Shown here: one piece after another, positions 9,252 to 17,415 of the stretch
Layout of the letters: every line of letters begins with the position of its first letter
How positions within the stretch are numbered: position 1 is the stretch's first letter
Assembly: GCA_026025075.1 (NCBI GenBank)
Contig: JAPEUI010000080.1
Coordinates: 62,001 to 82,290 of the forward strand
Length of the DNA stretch: 20,290 bases
Source of the DNA: Vezdaea acicularis
Lineage: Eukaryota
Direction: 5' to 3'
Translations under genes and position numbers: made by a program
Notes under the pieces: model-generated
The model's database searches: none
Seen by the model: the letters and a program-made list of their open reading frames with translations, nothing else
Told to the model about the DNA's origin: nothing

Positions 9252-10622
9252 ATGGCCGATACTATCAGACCGAAGCGAGCTACGATCATTCAAAAGACAT
9301 TTACTGGGGCTACAAAGGAGGAAGTGACCGTACAGAAGGAGGAGGGCCTACTTCGAGATGCAACCCAAGCCCTCGAGCGTTACAGGAAAGGGATATCAAG
9401 CGCCGCGTATGACCTTGCGGGAATAGCCAGGGCAGGGAAACTCCCATCTAGCCTTCGAGGCTCGGTCTGGCCAATATTGCTGGAAACACATCCCTTTGTA
9501 CAGTGGGCGGTACCTGTGTCGGACGAATGCAGGGTGTTGCCTTGTCCCACTACTATCGTTCCAGTCTCCTCACGAAGACGACTGCGAAAGGAGCTGGCCA
9601 AGCATCATCGTCGCCAGACGAACGCGCCCGATGGGTGGCGAACTCTGACACCAAAGTCTCGTTCGCCTGCTGGTGAGATGGTCTCGGCATCGAATGAAGG
9701 CAATATATCTTCGGCGTCCTCAACGAGTTCGACTGCACGAACTGATGACACAACTTCTTCCATGAATTTGGGCTTTACGGAAATAAATCAGTCAGCGCTA
9801 GACCTCATTATAGAAGATGCCGTCATCAGTTATCTCCAAGAGGCTCCCGGAGTTTCATATTCCCATGGAATGCTCTACGTATGTATCTCTCTCGCAGAGT
9901 GGATTTTACCGTTTCCTCAGGATGTCACAGCAAACATGCTAGAAGAGGGAAGCGTAGCCAGGCTTTTGAAGACTGCCTTTAAGAACACCATGACTGTCAT
10001 GCACTGGTCACCGAACGCCTTGACCACAGATCACAACACACTCACGGTAGAAGATCGAGTAGCCCTCTGTATTCACGAAAATGTCACACGACGTGTCAGC
10101 CACTTCTTCGCAGCATTCAGAAAGCTGATGCCTGAGTTGATAGCTTATTTAGATGAGGAGGAGGCCAATGGTCCAGCAGAGGAGTGGGCGTATTCTTGGA
10201 CCCAATGGTGGTGCGCGAAAGAGCTACCGAAAGAACCAAAAGTGCGCCTGTGGGATTTATATCTTGGATATCGCCCTGATAATCTGGATGTGATCTTCCG
10301 CCCTGACCCGTCCTTGGGCAGCGGCGAGCCAGAAAGTACATTATACCCCGTCCTTGCCGAAGAAGCGAATACTCCTTCTCTAGATGACCGCACTCCGGCA
10401 GATTGGCACATCTTTGTCTGCTTGGCGCTCTTGCGGGCCTGCAAAGATGAGCTGGAGGAGTTGGAGCTTAGTGAGATCCGGGAGCGTCTGTCTACCTTGC
10501 CGAAAATTGATATGCAAGCGATTCTCAAGGAGGCCGTGAGGTTACGGGCGGAATTAGGGGAGTTGGAGAAAAGGGAGGCCATGGAGGGCATGCGGGGGGT
10601 GGATGAGATTCTTATTCAATGA
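9252..10622 (+). CDS. OCA5: Oca5-like Rab-GAP TBC-fold protein, 456 aa
   Basis: Intronless ORF with ATG in good context (TTACCATGG). LAGIARAGKLPSSLRGSVWPILLETHP resembles the recalled yeast Oca5 N-terminal TBC motif (LAxIARxxGIPPQLRxxVWPILLxxHP). The C-terminal TBC half includes FFAAFRKLMPELIAYLDEEE, WWCAKEL..KVRLWDLYLG, HIFVCLALL and ELELSEIRERLSTLP. Confidence 0.75.
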   Translation: MADTIRPKRATIIQKTFTGATKEEVTVQKEEGLLRDATQALERYRKGISSAAYDLAGIARAGKLPSSLRGSVWPILLETHPFVQWAVPVSDECRVLPCPTTIVPVSSRRRLRKELAKHHRRQTNAPDGWRTLTPKSRSPAGEMVSASNEGNISSASSTSSTARTDDTTSSMNLGFTEINQSALDLIIEDAVISYLQEAPGVSYSHGMLYVCISLAEWILPFPQDVTANMLEEGSVARLLKTAFKNTMTVMHWSPNALTTDHNTLTVEDRVALCIHENVTRRVSHFFAAFRKLMPELIAYLDEEEANGPAEEWAYSWTQWWCAKELPKEPKVRLWDLYLGYRPDNLDVIFRPDPSLGSGEPESTLYPVLAEEANTPSLDDRTPADWHIFVCLALLRACKDELEELELSEIRERLSTLPKIDMQAILKEAVRLRAELGELEKREAMEGMRGVDEILIQ

Positions 10623-11133
10623 AGAGCCGACTAAATTCTAATTCACAGTAAGAAGTCCTCAGAAGTCTCTGTTTATAAAAATGGGAGGTATGATTAAGTC
10701 AGGTTCACCAAACATCTGGGGCAAATAAAAGCAGTAGCTCCTCATGCAAGTAGTTGCTTGGATAGCATTCGCATCAATATTGCATAGTGCAAGTAGACTG
10801 ACCTAAGAAATTACATGCTCTTTGTAGAAATCCATGTCTCTAGATTTATGACCCTTTCGATGTTCGAGCCAGTCTCACCCCTTTACGGAGTAGGACCCCC
10901 TTTGCCCTCTAACACTAATTCCCTCGACCCCTTCTGGAATCTCCGCGGCATGACCGCCTCCTAACAGTGTATGCACTCTCTTATTTTTGTCCTTCAATCT
11001 CATGCCTTCCCGCACATTTTTCCCCACCGTAGTAACACCCAACAAATCAGCCGAGCCAGACGGCGTTCCTTCCACGACATCACGCAATCACATATCATCA
11101 TCATCGAAGAATGTTTAAAAAAGTTAGGTCATC

Positions 11134-11713
11134 CTATCTCGCAGCCCCTGACGCCTCAGCCCTGATCTCATCGCGCCGTTTCTGCGCCTCCGCCGCTATG
11201 CGTGAACTCTCCGCCTGCACCAGGCTTTTCTTCCGAGCGACGTCTTCGGCTTGCGCGACCCATACTGTCGAGGTTGCTTATGAGCGAAAGGGGGTCTAGG
11301 AGTAAGGGGTGGGGCGGCCTTTTGGCCTTGGGTCCCGTGAAGAAGGAGGGGGAGGGGGGGGGCATACTGGGTTTATCCGACTTGGAGTACTCCTTCAATT
11401 GTCCCACGAAGTTGTTGAATTGCTCACGCCGCTCGGTCTGTCCTTCCAGCGAGCGCCGTTTGAGGTCGGGGTTGTATCTCTGGAGAAGGGGGGGGAGGTT
11501 AGTGGGGCTTTGTCTGGGGCAAAGGCTGGATGGGGGAGGAGGGTCGTACGGAGCGGAGTTCTTCCTCGGTGGGCGTGACGTAAATTACTAAGGCGGGGCC
11601 ACCGACGCAGAGAAGGCCGCCCCTGGAGAGATTGTTAGCTTTGTCAAGGGGAAAAGCTGGGTAGGGGAGACGCACCAGCCTATCATCTTGGCCCAGAGTT
11701 TGGCGTTGACCAT
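11134..11713 (-). CDS. CBP4: Mitochondrial cytochrome b / complex III assembly factor Cbp4, 117 aa
   Basis: Exons 11713-11676, 11622-11550, 11479-11368, 11264-11134, with donors GTGCGT, GTACGA, GTATGC and CAG acceptors. Spliced product: [87 protein letters not shown]...GAAR*. It has the Cbp4 hallmarks [12 protein letters not shown] and SKSDKPIW. Confidence 0.92.
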
Positions 11714-12025
11714 TCTGAGAGGGTGTATGTGTGCTCTGCGAGCACCGTCTTGGGGATTGAGGAAGCCTCAGCGGGCAGTGAGAACGGTCAACAATGACAA
11801 AAAACTACCCGCAAACCAATTGTGCTTAATGTATGTGAGTTCCCTGAAGCGAGCTGTCGTAGATAGGAAGACCGAAGATGTCATTAGCCGAATGCGGTCA
11901 ATGGCTCGTACGAAAAGATCGCGGGAGCCAATCGGCGCGCGCGGACCGACAACCGAGGTCTTGCGCAGAGCTCCTGCGGTCGACTCGAACCTACGCAACA
12001 CCTCAGACCATAAGACCCAATCTCA
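11714..12025. promoter_or_regulatory. Compact divergent (bidirectional) promoter between CBP4 and the thioesterase, with two CCAAT boxes
   Basis: Only 312 bp separate the head-to-head ATGs. CCAAT occurs at 11816-11820 and 11928-11932. Confidence 0.6.
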
Positions 12026-13574
12026 ATGGCTTTTAGGCTCCGTCAAGCTCGTCGAGCCGCTCAATTGGTACGATCCAGCAGCTGTCCTGGCATTCGACCC
12101 TTCCGCCAATCAGGAGGGCAATTATGGACTTCGGCGCAGCGGGGTACAGAGGACGTATACGAGGGGCTGTCCGCCATGCGCGTCAAAACACCATGGATCG
12201 AGGCATTCCGGGCGCGGGAGCGTGAGAAAGCGCTTTCCCCTTCGCAAGAGCCGTCAGAACCTCGTAAACGGGACCTATCACCCAAGAAGATGTCTGAAAG
12301 CCGGCACACACTTGTAAGATAGACCCAACTGCTTGTGATCGAGAGGGCTCAGTAGCTGACTGATTACCACCAGTAGATATTACCCCTGGCCAAGAATCCC
12401 TGGTTGCTAGACACCTACGCGAATGCGACGGGGCAGATCCGGCTGGGAGCGCTGTTCATGGATCTGGATGCGCTGGCGGGCGTGGTGGCTTATAAGCATA
12501 CGGGCGAGTCGGTCATGACGGTCACCGCGGCTATCGATCGCATCACGATCAAGAATCCACGCCGGGATATCACGGACTTGCAATTGTCGGGATGTGTCAC
12601 GTATGCGACGGGGAGGAGCAGTATGGAGATCTCGTTGCAGGTTGCGAAGGCGCCGGGGGAGGGGAGAAAAGTGGCTCCTGAGGATGTACTGATGACTTGT
12701 GCGTTCACCATGGTCTCTCTCGATCCGACGACGAAGAAGTAAGTAGAGCCCCTTATTGATGTCAAAGCCTTGTACTTGGCGCCTCCTGCTGCAGCTCTCC
12801 CAGCTAAACACCTCCAGGCCCGTAGCAGTCAGCCCCCTCCTCGTCGAAACAGCGGAAGAGAAACGGCAATTCGCCCTCGGCGAAAAGAACCACCACACCC
12901 GCAAAGCCCTCTCCAAAAGCGCACTCACAAAACAACTCCCCACGAAAGCCGAAAGCGACCTAATCCACACCCTCTGGCTGCGATCCAAGCAGCCCCCCTC
13001 CCCAGGCCCCCCACCCACCAAAATGAAACACACCCACCAGACCGCCGTCCAGATCATGCAACCGCAATACCGCAACCGGCACAACTTCATGATCTTCGGC
13101 GGCTACCTTCTCAAATCGACCTTCGAACTCGCCTTCGCCTCCTGCACCTCCTTCTCCCACCTGCGCCCCACCTTCCTCTCTCTCGACCCCAGCACCTTCG
13201 AGAACCCCGTCCCCGTCGGTAGTCTACTCTACCTCACCGCCACCGTCGCCTACACCGAGCCCCTCTCCCTTCCGCCACAAGACGCGGAAAGAGGAGGAGC
13301 AGGACCAGGAGACGACCAGCAGCGACCACCGCACCATACGCGCGTGCAGATCAGAGTCGATACCAGCGTGCGCGATATCGAGAACCCGGACGCTGCCGTC
13401 GTGCCGACCGGCCAGTTCAACTATACCTTCCTGGTGGAGAAGTCCTTGGCTGTGAAGCCGGAGAGCTACGACGAGTGTATGGTGTGGCTGGATGCGCGGC
13501 GGCGGGTCAGGCGCGCAGAGAGCGTCGTTGAAGAGGCGGGGGTGAGGGAGCGGGTCGGGAGGCTTGTGGAATGA
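12026..13574 (+). CDS. Mitochondrial double-hotdog acyl-CoA thioesterase (ACOT9-like), 468 aa
   Basis: Exons 12026-12313, 12377-12738, 12818-13574 (1407 nt, in frame). Arg-rich, acid-free N-terminal presequence (MAFRLRQARRAAQLVRS). Motifs include LLDTYANATGQIRLGALFMDLDALAG, VTAAIDRI, VTYATGRSSMEI, MQPQYRNRHNFMIFGGYLLKSTFELAF, FENPVPVGSLLYL and TGQFNYTF. Confidence 0.9.
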
Positions 13575-13711
13575 ACTTTTTTGGAATTTGGATATATACG
13601 AATGCGGCGTGGAGAATCGTGTTATACAAGAAAAAAGCTCTCCCTCCCGCTTTCTCGCTCTCTCGCTCTCCCGGCGACTGCGCTTTGTTTAGCCCCCCCC
13701 CCATTGACCGC

Positions 13712-14476
13712 TTATCCGCCGGACGATACACCGGAAAAATCGAGGAAAGTACTCGCACACTCCCCACTCCCCCTGACATTCTTGCACGTCCCGCCCGTCC
13801 GACTCCTCCCGCTCCCATATCGATACCTATCATTCAGCCCCTTTCCATCCTGCAGCACGAACTGCGCCGCACCGCTCGCACCCGCCCTGCTTCTCCGCCT
13901 TCCACTCCCAGCCGAGTCTCCACTCGAGCCACTCGAGCCCTGGCTCCCTGTCTGCTCCGCCTCCGCCTCCGCCCTCCTCCGCGCCCACCCCTTCAACATC
14001 CCCACAATCTCGTCTCCCTTCCTAACCCCCTCCCACGCGTCCTCATCCAGGACTTCCAGACAGGTACACGAGGCCTGACACTCCTTCCTCAACTTATTAT
14101 GGTCTTCCAGCCCGCCATACGTCCTGCCAAAAATATCGGACCACAGCTCGGCGGGAAGATCGGGGAGCGTACTAGTGGTGGTGGTGATGCGGCGCAGGAC
14201 TTGTTTGCGCAGGGAGCGGAGAGAGGGGCATTTGACGCTGTAGAGGGGACAGGCGCAGAAGAGGGAGAGGCAGGTGCTGGTTAGGTCGGTGCCGGTGGGG
14301 GTGAGGCAGGAGATGGGGGAGAGGGGGGGGGCGGGGAGGGGGTTGTGGGAGGTGAGGGGGTGTTGGTCTTTGGAGGGATGGACGGGGGGGGGAAGGAGGG
14401 CGAGGAGGAAGAGGGTGGTGCTGGTGAGGAGGCGGGTGGTGGAGGAGAAGGGGGATTGGGGTGAAGAGAGTTTCAT
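13712..14476 (-). CDS. Orphan putative secreted Cys-rich protein, 254 aa
   Basis: ATG at 14476 in strong fungal context (CCCACAATG), inside the 380-codon open frame. Hydrophobic N-terminal stretch (LLTSTTLFLLALLPP), 10 Cys (SCL, TCL, CAC, KCP, ECQ, CTC, TCK, ECA) and a Gly/Ser-rich C-terminal part. It shows the same codon-skew pattern as the well-supported neighbouring genes. I recognise no family. Confidence 0.6.
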   Translation of the reverse strand: MKLSSPQSPFSSTTRLLTSTTLFLLALLPPPVHPSKDQHPLTSHNPLPAPPLSPISCLTPTGTDLTSTCLSLFCACPLYSVKCPSLRSLRKQVLRRITTTTSTLPDLPAELWSDIFGRTYGGLEDHNKLRKECQASCTCLEVLDEDAWEGVRKGDEIVGMLKGWARRRAEAEAEQTGSQGSSGSSGDSAGSGRRRSRAGASGAAQFVLQDGKGLNDRYRYGSGRSRTGGTCKNVRGSGECASTFLDFSGVSSGG

Positions 14477-15237
14477 TGTGGGGAGGAAAGGGTGGAGGAG
14501 TGTTGATAGCCTCGTGGTGTTGTAGATTGGAGCAGGTAGACAGAGGAAGGAGTGGGGAGAGTAAGAAGTGATCGTCGTGATCAAGCATGATTGTCTTATA
14601 GCCGTCGAGAAGAACGAGACAGCGCTAGAGGAGAGTTCGAGTGCGTGAAAGTATTGGCGCAAGCTACGCAGCCGGAGATGAAGAGTGTTCAGATGGTCTA
14701 CGGTAAGAATGAAGCTCCGGAAAAAGCTGGCGACGATGTACCATGGGCTCGCAGCGGCAAGAGAAGAGGAAGAAAGCGTGGCCAACCACATGGCATCCAC
14801 CCGCTTTAACATAAACTCCCACAAACATGAGCCGGCACTAAAGATAAGCTCCAACTGACAGCGCGTAAAATTCCCTCAACCCACGCAGCGGGAGAAATAA
14901 GGTGTTCACTTGTTTCGTGGTAAGTTTACCAAGGCCAATTCGACGATCAATGGGGTACCGTGGACAAGTTGAGCTTTTTTATGAGTAAACGCATGTCAAA
15001 CTCGCTAGCTGACCCACGTTTTCGCTTCGTGACGACGATCGAGCACCGTGCACTACCCGCCCCACGAGGAATACCATTAAAACCCAGCACCTCGGTGCTT
15101 TTCTTGAGTGCCGCGCATGACAAATGATGAAAAAATTTTCTTTGTGAACTTCAACCGTAGCTTGAAACCGGTTTGGTCTTGAAAGCGTCCTGGGACCCCG
15201 AAGATAGACTTCTGAAAATCCTCGAGGTACTTCTACG

Positions 15238-17415
15238 TTACGTGGGGACATAGGATCGATCTTCCAACGGACCGACTTCCCAGTACAGACTCTGTCGTGG
15301 AGTGAGATCTCTCTTCTTAACGACCAGATGCCAGATGTACTTTGCAATCCAAATGAAGAACTCAGGGAGGCGTCTGATCCAGAGAGTCCGTCTCTTCCAG
15401 CTTCGCGTCATCGCCAAACCCTCCCGAGCCTCGTTGAAATTCTCCGAATTCAGATGACTCTGTTCGCACCACTCGGCCACCAAGAATGCCAATGAGATGA
15501 ACATGATGACACTGCTGATACAAACTCCCGTGAGCCAGTAGATCTTCACCCCGAATGCAGTTTCGGATACACTAAAGTCGATGTAGCCGCCATAATGTCC
15601 CCAATTAGAGCTCTGGCAGTCACAGGTCTGATAGCTGCCAATCGTCTGCGCCATGATGATATAGATGAGCCAGGTAGTGTTGACGAACTCGACGAAGATG
15701 AAGATCCAGTTGACCACAAATGGCAGCCTCGAATTTCTCTGCTTGTGAAGCTTAGCAATCAGCCACCAAAAGAACAATTCAAAGGCGAACAGCCCGAGTG
15801 CGAGAGAGCCAAAGATCACGTAGCCCCCAGCCCGACAGCCCAGACCGACGGTCGGAGTTCTAAAGGAGATTACGAATGCCCCGGAGATAGTCCCGGCGAC
15901 GACGAACAATGCGCTCAAGAACTCCCAGACCTCTCGAGCATCAAATTCCAGCAGGCCTCTCTCATCTCCGGAGCCTCGGACGAGCTCGTTGTCGATGTCA
16001 GGGATGGTGAGCCAGTCGCGGGGGCTTTCAGGTTTGCGTCGATGCCTGAGGATGATCTTTTCGATTCCAAGCTGGATGGGATGTGCGACGCCGTAGTGCC
16101 AGCGTAGACGGCCCTGCCCCGCAAACTTTTGAAAGAACCCATATTCCACACCGCGGCGTGACTCCGGGTCCTCGGATCCGCTGTCCTGCACGGAGCGAAC
16201 CTGAGAACCAGCACCCTTTTCGTCAGCGGGTGCGTCATCTAGCAGCTGTGCGTTCATCTCAGCAGTCATCCAGGCTGGAGCTGGTGGCTTCGGCTCAGGG
16301 GCGAGACGATAGTCTTCAAGATTCGTCTCAACCTCGAACAGGAGGTTGTTCAACTTATCTCTCGTAGCATCCGTCAGCAACGGGTTACGGTCGACGATAC
16401 TGCTCAGGATCAAGACGGGAAACCAGGCCAGCAGTAACCCCAGGGCGAGATCGTGTGCGGTAGCGTTTTGTCCAACTTGGCCAAAGGCATCATTGATCGA
16501 GATGGCCAGAGAAAAGATGAACCACATCTGCGTGATGAAGACTGGCACGATTCCTCTTTTCCGGCCCTCACGGAGTGCCTTTGCCAATTTCCGTCGAATC
16601 TTCTGTAGATCCAACGGCGTAGCACTTCGTAGAGCAGAACGGGCTGACTGCAAGTCAAGCGGAGCAGCGGTCAAAAGAGAGGTATTGATGTCGTTTGCTT
16701 CTTTATCTCTAAGCTCGGGCGCAGGAGCAGGCCGTCCGGTGAGTTGTGAGGGGTCGAAGTTGCGTACCGAGGGGATCTCGTCGGCAAATAGTACGATACG
16801 CAGAAGGGCAATCGCTTTTCTTGTGTCTCGACGGGGATTGAGTGTGTATTGGTTCATCACACTGAGGATAAACATCGAGTCCCGAAGGCGCCCAGGTCTC
16901 GTATCCTCGTTAAATAGCACATTGAACTTGGTGGACATGTCGACCATCAGAGCTGATTTCCCGATGATCTTGATGTTCCAGAGAATGTAGGACAGCGACG
17001 CGATAGGAGAGCCTATCCATCTGACCAGGGCTATCAGCGTGTTTCGGAATTGGTTGCTCTCGAAGGGCGCTTGAAGCAGGAGCCCAATGATCGGGAGGAC
17101 CCAGGTGGTGATCGTCTTTGCGACGTCCTGCCACTTGTAGTAATCGACTCCCGCTCCGCAGAAGTCCTTACATCCTTGGAGACTGATGATGGTCCTCCGC
17201 TCCTCGTCGGTAGGTATAAAGCCGTCGTAGAGCTTTCCGGTATATCGATATTGAGAATACTTGTCCGGATTGGCGACGAATGTTATTCTGCAGTCCGTGA
17301 AGTTGGGCTGTGCAGTATGGCATTCAGCGAGTAGGGCGATCGCGAGAAGGAGCAGACAGATGGATGAGGCCCGCGTAGAGACGCTCAGCGCTGGAAATGA
17401 CAAGAAAGACATCAT
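15238..17415 (-). CDS. Uncharacterised fungal multi-pass membrane protein with signal peptide, 725 aa
   Basis: Intronless ORF. N-terminal signal-like segment (ICLLLLAIALLAEC), small Cys-containing ectodomain (LQGCKDFCG), and about 8 hydrophobic segments (TWVLPIIGLLLQAPF, RWIGSPIASLSYILWNI, VFITQMWFIFSLAISI, LALGLLLAWFPVLILSSIV, FLSALFVVAGTISGAFVISF, GGYVIFGSLALGLFAF, FVVNWIFIFVEFVNTTWLIYII, WLTGVCISSVIMFISLAFLV). Confidence 0.88.
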   Translation of the reverse strand: MMSFLSFPALSVSTRASSICLLLLAIALLAECHTAQPNFTDCRITFVANPDKYSQYRYTGKLYDGFIPTDEERRTIISLQGCKDFCGAGVDYYKWQDVAKTITTWVLPIIGLLLQAPFESNQFRNTLIALVRWIGSPIASLSYILWNIKIIGKSALMVDMSTKFNVLFNEDTRPGRLRDSMFILSVMNQYTLNPRRDTRKAIALLRIVLFADEIPSVRNFDPSQLTGRPAPAPELRDKEANDINTSLLTAAPLDLQSARSALRSATPLDLQKIRRKLAKALREGRKRGIVPVFITQMWFIFSLAISINDAFGQVGQNATAHDLALGLLLAWFPVLILSSIVDRNPLLTDATRDKLNNLLFEVETNLEDYRLAPEPKPPAPAWMTAEMNAQLLDDAPADEKGAGSQVRSVQDSGSEDPESRRGVEYGFFQKFAGQGRLRWHYGVAHPIQLGIEKIILRHRRKPESPRDWLTIPDIDNELVRGSGDERGLLEFDAREVWEFLSALFVVAGTISGAFVISFRTPTVGLGCRAGGYVIFGSLALGLFAFELFFWWLIAKLHKQRNSRLPFVVNWIFIFVEFVNTTWLIYIIMAQTIGSYQTCDCQSSNWGHYGGYIDFSVSETAFGVKIYWLTGVCISSVIMFISLAFLVAEWCEQSHLNSENFNEAREGLAMTRSWKRRTLWIRRLPEFFIWIAKYIWHLVVKKRDLTPRQSLYWEVGPLEDRSYVPT

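Noticed and set aside
11940..12030. Possible tRNA on the - strand around GGTTCGAGTC
   Set aside because: The T-stem does not pair (GTAGG vs CGACC), and I could not build acceptor, D or anticodon arms.
11688..12317. 209-aa + strand ORF
   Set aside because: Non-ATG start; it spans the divergent promoter and overlaps thioesterase exon 1 in another frame.
13571..14284. 237-aa + strand Pro/Arg-rich ORF overlapping the thioesterase stop
   Set aside because: Antisense to the secreted-protein ORF. Its composition is what C-rich DNA gives by default, and the - strand frame has the better start context, signal peptide and Cys pattern.
14477..14854. Upstream 126 codons of the 380-aa - strand ORF
   Set aside because: Starts at TTG and reads like pyrimidine-rich leader sequence. 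The ATG at 14476 precedes the signal-like segment, although in-frame upstream ATGs cannot be fully excluded.
15124..15215. Box C (ATGATGA) and box D (CTGA) spaced like a C/D snoRNA
   Set aside because: No terminal stem and no rRNA-complementary guide that I recognise. It lies antisense to a 3' UTR; snoscan or Rfam would be needed.
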